Assembly: GCA_007123105.1 (NCBI GenBank)
Contig: SKNY01000004.1
Location: 1 to 55,615, forward strand
Direction of reading: 5' to 3'
Length of the DNA: 55,615 nt
Source of the DNA: Salinarchaeum sp.
GTDB lineage: Archaea > Halobacteriota > Halobacteria > Halobacteriales > SKNY01
The translations under genes and the position numbers were made by a program. Under the pieces are notes generated by a model. The model was not told the DNA's origin. It did no database searches and worked only from the letters and a program-made list of their open reading frames with translations. Each line of letters opens with the position of its first letter. Within the stretch, counting starts at the first letter, position 1. This document shows, piece after piece, positions 28,200 through 37,470 of the stretch.

Positions 28200-28416
28200 T
28201 ACTGCTCCCCGGTGAGTACCGATGCCGACGCCGTTGGTATGGACCAGGGTCACCCGGTGCTATCCGCGGGAGTAAAGGATACTCAGGGATCGGTCCACGA
28301 CACCACATCCACCGGTGATGACCAAATGATACCCTGTAACGATCGCATCAGTCACTGCGTGGACGGTCAGCAATCACGGTGGACACGTTTATCGGGGTCG
28401 CCATCCACGCCATCCT

Positions 28417-29088
28417 ATGACAACCATCACCGTCGATGACATCGGGACGTTCGTCGCGCTCGGCGGGACGTTCGGAGCCCACCGATCTGCCTCGTCCATT
28501 CACCGCGACGAGCGGCCGCGATGGCCGCCGAACCTCTGGACCGTGCCCCGTACGGCAATCGTTCCTGACGGAGCGACAATCGAACTCCGCCCGTATGCCG
28601 AACAAGTCACAATCGGACCGGAACCAGTCGCGGTGATCGGATCTCCGCTCGATCGGGCCGACGTCAATGAAGCCGCGGCCGCCATCGCCGGGTTCACAGT
28701 GTCGAACGATCTCGCGGCACTAGGGGAGTTTCCGGCGTTTCCCTATCCAGACCAGGAAACCCACTCCGGACGGGGTTTTAAGATCATGCCAGGGTTTAGT
28801 CCGTTGTTGGAGACAGTTACTGACATCGAACTCGATTCCTTTGGTGATCGCGCAATCGAGGCCGAAATCGATGGTGAACGGGTCGTCGAGGGATCAACTG
28901 ACGAAATCGATTGGAGTCCGGCCGAGATTGTTGCCCACGTGAGCAAGATCGTCCCGCTCGAGCCGAAGGACGTCGTGTCACTTGGCGAACCCTCGACCGA
29001 GCACCACTACATCGACGAAGCAACATCAGTCACCTGTCGGGTGGACGGGATCGGCGAGCTCACGAATGCTGTCCGCCGGGTCGATTAG
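28417..29088 (+). CDS. Fumarylacetoacetate hydrolase (FAH) family protein
   Basis: Length and motifs are typical of FAH-family proteins: IGPEPVAVIG, FTVSNDLAA, EGSTDEIDWSPAEIVAHVSKIVPLEPKDVVSLGEP. Confidence 0.75.
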   Translation: MTTITVDDIGTFVALGGTFGAHRSASSIHRDERPRWPPNLWTVPRTAIVPDGATIELRPYAEQVTIGPEPVAVIGSPLDRADVNEAAAAIAGFTVSNDLAALGEFPAFPYPDQETHSGRGFKIMPGFSPLLETVTDIELDSFGDRAIEAEIDGERVVEGSTDEIDWSPAEIVAHVSKIVPLEPKDVVSLGEPSTEHHYIDEATSVTCRVDGIGELTNAVRRVD

Positions 29089-29873
29089 GACGGAAACGAG
29101 AGGTCGGCCACGACTGGAAAGTGATCGGATGGGTACCGGCCGTCGGTGTTGGTGGCGACGGTTTCGACGCGATCAACCGCGATCGACGCCGAAACGAACA
29201 CGTGATCGATCGGTGCGCGCGCATCGCCGTCGAACCCGTGGGTCGTACCGGTCGGACCGACTACCTCATCTGCCACATCGCGGGCGTCGTCGACAGCTGC
29301 CTCGTCTGCAAGCACGGCCATCGGCGGATCGCCCCGTGGAACGTTGAAGTCGCCCAGGAGGACGGCTGGCACGTCCGTTGGACACCACCGTGCGAGCAAC
29401 TGGGCGGACTCGGCCTGTGCGGTCGCACCCTGGTGATCGAAATGGGTCCCCCAGATCGCGACCGGGCAGCCGTCGCGGTCCCAATCGAGCAACCGAACAG
29501 CGGTCGCCGTGCGGGGAATCTCGGCGTCCCACCCGGTCGAGGGTCGGTCCGGCGTCTCTGAGAGCCACCGTGTCTCGCAACTGATGGGATCGAATCGATC
29601 ACTCCGCCACCCGATCGCAACGCGTTCGCCGGCCTTGTGGCCCCGTCGGGGGACGCCGTACCAGTCAAGTCCGGTGACGTGATCGACGAGCCATTCGAAT
29701 TGGTGTGGCAGTGGCTCTTGAACACAGATCACGTCGACTGCGAGTTCGTTCACCAATTGGCTCACGAGTGAACGGCGCCGCTGCCAGTTGTCGGGGCCGT
29801 CGCTACTGACGTCGAGCCGAACGTTAAAGGTACAGACGCGGAGCGGCACATCCATGCTGAGTGAGCCGTGCAT
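29085..29873 (-). CDS. Endonuclease/exonuclease/phosphatase (EEP) family protein
   Basis: VCTFNVR, VICVQE, WGTHFDH, LLGDFN, IDHVFVS and SDHFPVVADL. Confidence 0.85.
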   Translation of the reverse strand: MHGSLSMDVPLRVCTFNVRLDVSSDGPDNWQRRRSLVSQLVNELAVDVICVQEPLPHQFEWLVDHVTGLDWYGVPRRGHKAGERVAIGWRSDRFDPISCETRWLSETPDRPSTGWDAEIPRTATAVRLLDWDRDGCPVAIWGTHFDHQGATAQAESAQLLARWCPTDVPAVLLGDFNVPRGDPPMAVLADEAAVDDARDVADEVVGPTGTTHGFDGDARAPIDHVFVSASIAVDRVETVATNTDGRYPSDHFPVVADLSFPS

Positions 29874-29897
29874 GACGACCCACCAAGAAGGTTCGCA

Positions 29898-30665
29898 CTA
29901 GGCAAGCGTGAAATCGTGATCCAGCCCGACCTCGTCGTATAAGGCGGCCCGACTCTCCTGATCACCCGTCTGGACGTGCTGGGCGGCCGCAGCGACGTCA
30001 CGGGCGTGTTCGACGGGGACGACGACCACTCCGTCGCCGTCAGCGACAATCACGTCGTTTGGCCGGACCATACAACCGCCGACGGCGATCGGAACCTGCG
30101 TGTCGTCGAGCTCTAGCCGGCCGGGGCGGATTGTTTTGTCGAAGTGGCGAGCGTACACTGCCGGTTGGCCCTGCTTGATGATTTCGTCGGTATCGCGCAC
30201 TCCGCCGTTGGTGACGACGCCAACTGCACCGTTGGCCGCCCATCGCAACGAGTTGTTCGACCCGATGTACCCGACGTCCGTCCCCTTGCCATCGATGACG
30301 ATCGCATCGTCGTCCCGGATTTCGTCGACGAGCGGCGCGGAAGCCAGCTCACGATACCAGTTCCCTTTCCACTCGTCGAAGGTATCGAGATCCATGCGCT
30401 CGGGTCGCCGGCGGTTGGTCGGGAGAAAGCGAACGGTATGGGCGAACCCGACGAAGCGATGGGAGAACGTTGCTGGGTCGCGATGGATGGGACGAATCTC
30501 GCGATCGAGTTGGTTGACGTCATGAAAACCGGTATAATCGAGGCCGTCAGTGACGTCAGTGACCCGCAATCCCTTGAAGAGGGCCTTGAGTTCCGCTCGA
30601 TCCTCGTCGGACAGCTCGTGCTTGATTGAGTTATCAACCATAGCGAGCCGGCGTACACTGGCCAT
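29898..30665 (-). CDS. RraA-family protein (HMG/CHA-aldolase-like fold)
   Basis: AIVIDGKGTDVGYIGSNNSLRWAANGAVGVVTNGGVRDTDEI...VRPNDVIVADGDGVVVVP. Confidence 0.75.
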   Translation of the reverse strand: MASVRRLAMVDNSIKHELSDEDRAELKALFKGLRVTDVTDGLDYTGFHDVNQLDREIRPIHRDPATFSHRFVGFAHTVRFLPTNRRRPERMDLDTFDEWKGNWYRELASAPLVDEIRDDDAIVIDGKGTDVGYIGSNNSLRWAANGAVGVVTNGGVRDTDEIIKQGQPAVYARHFDKTIRPGRLELDDTQVPIAVGGCMVRPNDVIVADGDGVVVVPVEHARDVAAAAQHVQTGDQESRAALYDEVGLDHDFTLA

Positions 30666-30743
30666 GTCGAAAATCGTTCACCTACCGGAATGGCGTTCCC
30701 AACCAAACCATCTTGAGCCTGCGACCAGTAACGATCGATCGAA

Positions 30744-32099
30744 ATGTCCGACCTAGGGCGTCCCCGCACACGTCGCCGATGTCTTACACTCGTGGGAATC
30801 GGCGTCATGCTGGCCGGTTGTCTTGCAGACGGCGATGACGAAGAGCTAGATGATAGTGACGATTCGAATGGGGTCGGCGATACCGACGACGCAGCTGACG
30901 CAGACGATCGTGATGGAACTGATGCCGTTGATATGGATGATGTCGAGGACGATGGAGATGCGACCGATGATTCGGACGATACGGACGATGCCGATGTTTC
31001 GGACGACGAACCACCAGCTGATGCTGTCGAACCGGCCGTCGAAACTGTTGTCGACGGACTTGACCGTCCGTGGGGACTCGCGTTTCTGTCCGACCCAAGC
31101 TATCTTCTCGTGACCGAACGCGAAGGTCGGCTCCAACTTATCAATCTCGAGAACGGTTCGATGGAAGATGTCACTGGTTTACCGGACATCCACGCCGCCG
31201 GCCAAGGGGGATTGCTCGACGTCGCTGTCGAGGACAATGACGACGGCGATCCGACGGTCTATATCACGTACGTTGCGACGAATGACGAGGGGCTATCCTC
31301 GACACATCTCGCCCGGGCGGGCCTGAATACCGACGACCCGGCCCTCATAGATCTCGAAGAATTGTACGCAGTCGAGCCGTTCAAGGAGTCAAACGGCCAT
31401 TTCGGCTCTCGTGTCGTCGTTGGTCCCGACGACCATCTCTATCTTTCCACGGGGGATCGCCAAGACAAGGATTTCTCAGAGGACCATCCATCCCAGAATG
31501 TCGAGAACGGATGGGGCTCGGTCCTGCGACTGGCAACGGACGGATCCGTGCCCGAGGACAACCCGTTTGTCGATGAGGGGGACGCAGAGCCGGCGATCTT
31601 TAGCTACGGTCACCGCAATGTACAGGGAATGACGGTCAATCCAGAGACAGATTCCATCTGGATCACCGACCACGGCGAGCAGGACGGGGACGAGATCAAC
31701 ATTCTCGAAGCCGGTGGAAACTTCGGGTGGCCCATAGCCCATCACGGGTGCACCTACGGCGATGGAGAGCCGATCGGCGAAGAGCCAGAGGAACTCGACG
31801 AGGTGATCGATCCTGTCTTCTACTGGCCGTGCAACAGTGGCGGTTTCCCGCCATCCGGGATGTGGTTCTACCGTGGAGATGCGTTTCCGGCGTGGCAGGG
31901 TAACCTGTTCGTCGGCAACCTTGCAGGCCAGTACCTGGGTCGATTCGCGGTCGACGGGGACGAGGTCGAAGAGTTAGATCCCCTGCTAGCCGATCAGGGC
32001 TGGCGGATCAGAGCGGTCACAGAGGCCCCGGATACCGGCGAGCTCTACGTCCTCGTCGACGATACAAACGCCCCACTTGTTCGCATCGTCCCCGAGTAG
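30744..32099 (+). CDS. PQQ-dependent soluble sugar (glucose/sorbosone) dehydrogenase, Tat lipoprotein
   Basis: TRRRCLTLVGIGVMLAGC lipobox and an Asp-rich linker. Also LDRPWGLAF, GQGGLLDVA, HFGSRVV, SYGHRNVQGM and GGNFGWP. Confidence 0.85.
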   Translation: MSDLGRPRTRRRCLTLVGIGVMLAGCLADGDDEELDDSDDSNGVGDTDDAADADDRDGTDAVDMDDVEDDGDATDDSDDTDDADVSDDEPPADAVEPAVETVVDGLDRPWGLAFLSDPSYLLVTEREGRLQLINLENGSMEDVTGLPDIHAAGQGGLLDVAVEDNDDGDPTVYITYVATNDEGLSSTHLARAGLNTDDPALIDLEELYAVEPFKESNGHFGSRVVVGPDDHLYLSTGDRQDKDFSEDHPSQNVENGWGSVLRLATDGSVPEDNPFVDEGDAEPAIFSYGHRNVQGMTVNPETDSIWITDHGEQDGDEINILEAGGNFGWPIAHHGCTYGDGEPIGEEPEELDEVIDPVFYWPCNSGGFPPSGMWFYRGDAFPAWQGNLFVGNLAGQYLGRFAVDGDEVEELDPLLADQGWRIRAVTEAPDTGELYVLVDDTNAPLVRIVPE

Positions 32100-32459
32100 C
32101 GATGGTTGACGTACGGTGATTGACGAATCGTTGCTCCATCCAAGTCGCGGGACGCAACACACGAGGAGGAGGAAGATAGGCGGGGCACGTACACCCGGGA
32201 TTCAGTCTGCAAAATGAAAATGTCGAACTAGCAATTCACAGAAACCAGCGGGGATGAAAATGAAGTGAATGGCCAAGGGTTCCGGGACTCGACATGTCAA
32301 TCACCAGGGAAAGGCGCTGATCGCCAGGGTTAGGGATGATCGAGCCGAGGACGAAGGCGATGGCATTGGTGCGCTACAGGGCACGGGCTTCGGTGCACAA
32401 CACCGTACCATTGCTACTGCGCGGCACCGCGGTGAACGATCGGTGCTATCCCCGGGCAC

Positions 32460-32484
32460 CGTTTCCGTATGGACGTCGGAAACG
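32460..32484 (-). terminator. 8-bp stem / 9-nt loop hairpin 18 nt downstream of the ABC transporter stop
   Basis: CGTTTCCG (32460-32467) pairs with CGGAAACG (32477-32484). There is no T-tract, so this is weak. Confidence 0.2.
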
Positions 32485-32501
32485 TACAGGCGAGAATCGA
32501 C

Positions 32502-34418
32502 TTAGTCGAACGATTGTTGGGCGACTCGTTCGGCCGCCTGCTCGACGAAATCATCGGGAAGCTGGTCGAGCTCACCGGCCTGTACCCGCCAGAGATTGGC
32601 GTAGAGGCCGTCCTCCTCGATAAGCGCATCGTGCGTCCCCTGTTCGACGATGCGGCCGGCCTCGATCACGAGGATGCGGTCGGCGTCCCGCACGGTAGAC
32701 AACCGATGGGCGATGACAAACGTCGTGCGGTCTGCGGCCAGCTCATCGATCGACCGCTGGATCAGCATCTCGGTCTCCGTATCGACGGCAGAGGTTGCCT
32801 CGTCGAAGATCATGATCTGTGGTGATTGCAGAATCGTCCGGGCGATGGCCACGCGCTGGCGCTGGCCACCGGAGAGCTTCGATCCGCGCTCGCCGATGTC
32901 CGTGTCGTACCCCTCCGGAAGCTGGGTGATGAAATCGTGGGCCTCAGCCTGCTTTGCCGCCACAACAATCTCTTCATCGGTTGCATCAAACTGCCCGTAC
33001 CGGATGTTATCCCGGACAGATCCGTCGAATAAGAAGTTCTCTTGGCCGACATACCCCATGGCGTCCCGGAGACTCTCGAGGGTCAGATCCCGGATATCGT
33101 GTCCGTCAATCCGGATGGCCCCCTCATCGACGTCATACAGCCGAAGCAACAGCTTGACAATTGTCGTCTTCCCCGCGCCCGTCGGGCCCACGAGCCCGAT
33201 CGTTTCGCCGGGCTCGGCAACGAAGTCGATATCAGTGAGCACCGAGTGGTCCTCATAGCCGAAGGTCACGTTCTCGTAATTCACCCGTCCATCCGGGTCG
33301 ACAAGCTCCGCTGCGTCGGGTCGATCGGTGATGTACACCGGCAGGTCCATCAGCCCGAGGATGCGCTTGGTCGATGCTTTCGCGTCCTCGTAGCGGTCGA
33401 TGGCGTTACCAATCTGGGCCAAGGGAGTCACCAGCTGCTGGGTCAGCAGGAGAAAGATGACCAGTTCACCGACCGACAGCGTCCCGGTGAACGGTCCAGG
33501 CGGTCCCTGAATCAACCAGATCCCGCCGACAATGAACGTCGCGATGAAGGCAATCGAGGTCAGTGCCTCAAGGCCGGGCCGGTACACAAAGTTCAACCGA
33601 AGCGTGAGCCAGCTCAGCCGGAAGTACTCGTAGGACTGTTCCTCGACCCGATTGTCCTCGTATTCCTCGGTGTTGCTCGCCTTGATCACCTGGATTCCAT
33701 TGAGATTGTTCTCCAGTCGACTGTTGATGTCGCCGACAGATTCGCGGACATCAGAGTACCGATCCTCGGCGAGGCGCATGAACCACCACGTGAACAACAG
33801 CCCTGCCGGAATCAACATCAGCGTTACAAACGCTAGTTGCCAGTTGAACCAGAAGAGGACGAGCGCGGTCCCGAAGATGAGGACGCTCAGCTGCAGCAAC
33901 TGGCCCATCATGTCGTCGAGGAACTGTTCGAGTCGATTGGTGTCATTCGACAGGATCGACAAGAGCTCCCCGGTCTGGACCTCGTTGAAGAACGCCATGT
34001 CCAGACGTTGCATCTGCCGGTACGTCGCCACGCGGACCTCGTGTTTGACACGGTGGGAGAAGAGGTTGAGCGTGGACATGCGGACGAAGTTCAGAAACGC
34101 GGTGCCGATCAGCGCGATGCCCATTGCGAGGACGACGAACCAGAACTGCGAGATGGTGGCCTCGGGAAGCCAAGCTTCTGGAAGCAGCGGCACGTTGAAC
34201 GGTTGATCCTGGTGGAAGATGGCGTCAATCGCTGCTCCGAGGAGTATCGGGGGAACGAGTGAAAGGAATCGTGCACCAGTGCTGGCACCGAGACCAGCGA
34301 GGAACCACCGTCGGCTCCCGTGGCCATATTGCATAAACAGTTTGAAGAGCGGATGATCGACGTTTTCCCGGCGCTCTTTGATGAGCTCCATGTCGATCTG
34401 CTCAGGTTGGTCACTCAT
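32502..34418 (-). CDS. ABC transporter, fused permease/ATPase (exporter type, MsbA/MDR-like)
   Basis: Six-TM N-terminal half. Walker A GPTGAGKTT, signature LSGGQRQRVAIAR, Walker B IMIFDEATSAVD. The start was moved to MSDQPEQ (34418) to avoid overlap with the upstream gene. Confidence 0.9.
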   Translation of the reverse strand: MSDQPEQIDMELIKERRENVDHPLFKLFMQYGHGSRRWFLAGLGASTGARFLSLVPPILLGAAIDAIFHQDQPFNVPLLPEAWLPEATISQFWFVVLAMGIALIGTAFLNFVRMSTLNLFSHRVKHEVRVATYRQMQRLDMAFFNEVQTGELLSILSNDTNRLEQFLDDMMGQLLQLSVLIFGTALVLFWFNWQLAFVTLMLIPAGLLFTWWFMRLAEDRYSDVRESVGDINSRLENNLNGIQVIKASNTEEYEDNRVEEQSYEYFRLSWLTLRLNFVYRPGLEALTSIAFIATFIVGGIWLIQGPPGPFTGTLSVGELVIFLLLTQQLVTPLAQIGNAIDRYEDAKASTKRILGLMDLPVYITDRPDAAELVDPDGRVNYENVTFGYEDHSVLTDIDFVAEPGETIGLVGPTGAGKTTIVKLLLRLYDVDEGAIRIDGHDIRDLTLESLRDAMGYVGQENFLFDGSVRDNIRYGQFDATDEEIVVAAKQAEAHDFITQLPEGYDTDIGERGSKLSGGQRQRVAIARTILQSPQIMIFDEATSAVDTETEMLIQRSIDELAADRTTFVIAHRLSTVRDADRILVIEAGRIVEQGTHDALIEEDGLYANLWRVQAGELDQLPDDFVEQAAERVAQQSFD

Positions 34419-34489
34419 AGCGAGGATTGTCTGCTGGACGGTAGCCTCATGGACGGTAAAACCCCTTTCGAACCGGCAGCCTGGGCCGA

Positions 34490-35398
34490 CTATTCGTCGA
34501 GGAGGTACATCGGTTGGGTCCAGGCCCGTTCCCCGGCCCACCCGAGACACTCGACACGAACGTAGGTATGGCCTGAGCGGTGTGCGAGCTGTTCGGGGAC
34601 GTGAAATGTTGCCGCGGTGCCATCGACGGTTTGCTGGAGCACGCCGTGATCGCTTCGTAACTGGATACGAGTCGCATTCGTCGTTTCAACGCTGATCCGA
34701 CCGCCATCGATGACGATTGCCGAGATGCTGACGCCCGTTGATGCGTAAAACCGACCGGTGGCCAGCGCATCAAGGATTGCCGCGGGAGACCGGTCTGCGC
34801 TCTGGACCACGTTCCACCCCCGGCCGACATCCGTAGCAAGGTGTGCATCGTCGTTCGCGTACCCCCATAGATGGTGGCCTTCACTCAAGAGCTGGTCCCA
34901 CCGGTCGGTGACGGTCGCCGCCCCGAGATGCCGTTCGATCACGCCGTTATAGAGCTCTATTCCATGGACTGTCGCCAGCTCGCGAATATCGGCCGCCGAC
35001 CAGTGCTCGAGATGGGATTGATATTTTGGATGGTTGAGAATCGCGATCCCGCCGGCGTCGAGGATCGTCGCTACAACGGTGTGACGGTCCTCGTCGGGAT
35101 GGGGCGCCTCATGGAGACCGACTTGCTGGAGATGTGGGCCATCGGCCGTCACCTCGACGGCTGGCAGTAACGTGAGCCCCGTCTCGTCCCGGTAATCCGC
35201 CGGATCGACGAACAGGTCGTGATCGGAGATGGCAAGAAAATCATAGCCCCGCTGGGCATAGGTGTCGATCACGTCCTCGACGGACTGGCTGCCGTCGGAC
35301 AGGGTCGTATGGGTGTGCAGATTGCCCTTCAACCACGACCGTTCGTCGGTGTAGGGATGATCGAGTTGCATGTGAAACAGTAACAGGCAAGCCACCAC
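34490..35398 (-). CDS. PHP-domain metallohydrolase (CehA/McbA-like)
   Basis: GNLHTHTTLSDGS, LAISDHD and GYANDDAH. An alternative start is at 35371. Confidence 0.7.
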   Translation of the reverse strand: MVACLLLFHMQLDHPYTDERSWLKGNLHTHTTLSDGSQSVEDVIDTYAQRGYDFLAISDHDLFVDPADYRDETGLTLLPAVEVTADGPHLQQVGLHEAPHPDEDRHTVVATILDAGGIAILNHPKYQSHLEHWSAADIRELATVHGIELYNGVIERHLGAATVTDRWDQLLSEGHHLWGYANDDAHLATDVGRGWNVVQSADRSPAAILDALATGRFYASTGVSISAIVIDGGRISVETTNATRIQLRSDHGVLQQTVDGTAATFHVPEQLAHRSGHTYVRVECLGWAGERAWTQPMYLLDE

Positions 35399-35439
35399 GC
35401 TCGCAGGTAAAGATTTCGTCCCGGAGCCAAACGCTGATT

Positions 35440-35892
35440 GTGCGCCCGCACGTACCAGTTTATATGGCGGACGATCACCCGATCATCCTCTTCGACGGCG
35501 TGTGCAATCTCTGTGAGGGATTCGTCCAGTTCGTCATCCGGAACGATCCGGACGCACGGTTTCGATTCGCACCGCTGCAATCAGACGTCGGCCGCCAACA
35601 GCTCGCACGGGTCGACCTCGATGGCCACGGGCTCGACAGCGTCGTGTTGATCGAGAACGACCACGCACACGTCAAATCAGACGCCGTCATCCGAACGGCA
35701 GTCCACCTGGGCATGCCCTACCGGCTGCTCGGGCCAACACGAGTGCTGCCGCGGCGGCTCCGAGATTTCGCCTACGATGTGGTCGCCGATCGACGCTACG
35801 GTTGGTTCGGTCAGAAGGACAGCTGTCTGATGCCAACCGACGACATCAAATCCAGATTCCTCGCCGGTGCGCCTGGCAAAGATTCAAATTAA
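35440..35892 (+). CDS. Thiol-disulfide oxidoreductase DCC family protein (DUF393)
   Basis: ILFDGVCNLCEGFVQFVIRNDPDARFRFAPLQS. An alternative ATG is at 35464. Confidence 0.8.
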   Translation: MRPHVPVYMADDHPIILFDGVCNLCEGFVQFVIRNDPDARFRFAPLQSDVGRQQLARVDLDGHGLDSVVLIENDHAHVKSDAVIRTAVHLGMPYRLLGPTRVLPRRLRDFAYDVVADRRYGWFGQKDSCLMPTDDIKSRFLAGAPGKDSN

Positions 35893-36443
35893 ATAAATCC
35901 ATCCGTGCGGGCGAGCAACAGCGCATCGAGGGCGGTCTGGTTCGTCGGCGGTTCCCTGACGCGCGCGATCGCCTCGGTGACGGGAATCGGTGTGACTTCA
36001 ATAAACTCTGCGTCATCCGGATCCCGCTCGACCGGCGTCAGCCCTTCGGCGAAGACGACGTGCCGGCGGTGGCGGAGGACGCCCGTCGCCACCCACAGCT
36101 CCTGGACGACCGCCACACCAGCCGGATCGAAACCAGTCTCCTCGCGGAGTTCCCGTTCCGCCGCCGCGCTCGGCGACTCGCCGGCTTCGACGATTCCAGC
36201 TGGCAGCTCGAGGAAAGTTTCCCGTACCGTTGGCCGGTACTGTTCGATACAGATCACCTCGTCATCGACGAGGGGCACGATCACCACGGCGTCGGGGAGC
36301 GAGGCCCAGTAGAACTGGTGGGGCTTGCCGTCCGGTCGCTCGACGAGATCATAGCCACCGGTGTACCAGTCGGTCTCGTATTCGACCACGGAATCGAGAA
36401 CCGGCCACGCCGGATCGATCGGAAGATCGTCAATATCTACCAT
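35889..36443 (-). CDS. NUDIX hydrolase (ADP-ribose pyrophosphatase-like)
   Basis: Nudix box LPAGIVEAGESPSAAAERELREETGF. The start is set at MVDIDDLP (36443), because the longer ORF-track start adds Arg/Ser-rich junk. Confidence 0.85.
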   Translation of the reverse strand: MVDIDDLPIDPAWPVLDSVVEYETDWYTGGYDLVERPDGKPHQFYWASLPDAVVIVPLVDDEVICIEQYRPTVRETFLELPAGIVEAGESPSAAAERELREETGFDPAGVAVVQELWVATGVLRHRRHVVFAEGLTPVERDPDDAEFIEVTPIPVTEAIARVREPPTNQTALDALLLARTDGFI

Positions 36444-36483
36444 GAGGAGGGTCCGCCCTCGACTGGCATGGTTCCAACGAATC

Positions 36484-36912
36484 CTAGTGATCTGCCACCA
36501 GCTCCCGGTAGACCATTCCCCATGCCATCCGGCGGACCGTCGAGACGGCCGCGTCGCGCTGATCCTGGAAGGTAACGGCGACGACCCGATCCGCGCATTT
36601 TGCGTGATGCCAGGCGACGTGATCGACGTGTTCGGGCCCTTCAAGCGAGACTTCGACGCCAGCCGGAAACCCTTCCCGGACGGTAGCAAATCCCTCGGTC
36701 TCAACGATGTGGACCTCGAGTAACCCGGCGAAGAGCGCGTCGTGTGCGGTCGCGACGACATCATCGGTCACGTGAGAACGATAGGCGTCTCGATCGAATC
36801 CCATGGCGACGGCGACCTCTCGGACGAGTTCACGCCCAATTGGTTCGAGCTCATCGTAGGCGGTGCGAGCCGCTCCAGTGGTTGTCGGCTCCAGATACCC
36901 CGTCGTCTCCAT
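36484..36912 (-). CDS. Conserved-looking acidic hypothetical protein (142 aa)
   Basis: Clean acidic ORF between RimI and NUDIX. No family recognised. Confidence 0.55.
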   Translation of the reverse strand: METTGYLEPTTTGAARTAYDELEPIGRELVREVAVAMGFDRDAYRSHVTDDVVATAHDALFAGLLEVHIVETEGFATVREGFPAGVEVSLEGPEHVDHVAWHHAKCADRVVAVTFQDQRDAAVSTVRRMAWGMVYRELVADH

Positions 36913-36936
36913 GCGGACGATTCGTCGGGGTGTTGG

Positions 36937-37422
36937 CTAACGCCTACCGATCTTCCGTGCGTCTCGGAGCATGACGATGGCGTCTTCACCGTCCTCGTAG
37001 TAGCCGGGGTGAACCCGCTGGTGCTCGAAGCCGAACGACCGGTACAGTTCGATCGCCGGATCGTTTGACTCACGGACTTCGAGCATTGTCCGATCGACAT
37101 TCGTCCGGGCAAGCACCCGGAGCGCGGCGGCAAGCAATTGGCGGCCGATACCGCGACGCCGCATGGACGGATCGACGGCCAGATCCTTGATGTGTCCGAG
37201 CTGCCCAAGAAAGTCGTCTCGAACATCGCCGACGACGTGGCCGACAAGTTGCTCATCGTGGATTGCCACGAGAAAGGCAGGCGCGTCAAGGTGACGCTCG
37301 AACGCCGTATACGGCCACGGGTACGGAAAACACCGGTTTTCGAGGACCGTGACATCGAGGAGGTCTGCAAGGGTCGCCTGCCGGACGTTCGTTTCGGTCC
37401 CGCACGGGTCCACAATCGTCAC
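36937..37422 (-). CDS. rimI: GNAT N-acetyltransferase, RimI-like
   Basis: The acetyl-CoA motif VDPSMRRRGIGRQLL and a length of about 160 aa fit RimI. Confidence 0.75.
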   Translation of the reverse strand: MTIVDPCGTETNVRQATLADLLDVTVLENRCFPYPWPYTAFERHLDAPAFLVAIHDEQLVGHVVGDVRDDFLGQLGHIKDLAVDPSMRRRGIGRQLLAAALRVLARTNVDRTMLEVRESNDPAIELYRSFGFEHQRVHPGYYEDGEDAIVMLRDARKIGRR

Positions 37423-37470
37423 GTTGGAATGCCCCTACGGTTTCAAAGTATCTGAACGCTCCGACCGCGG

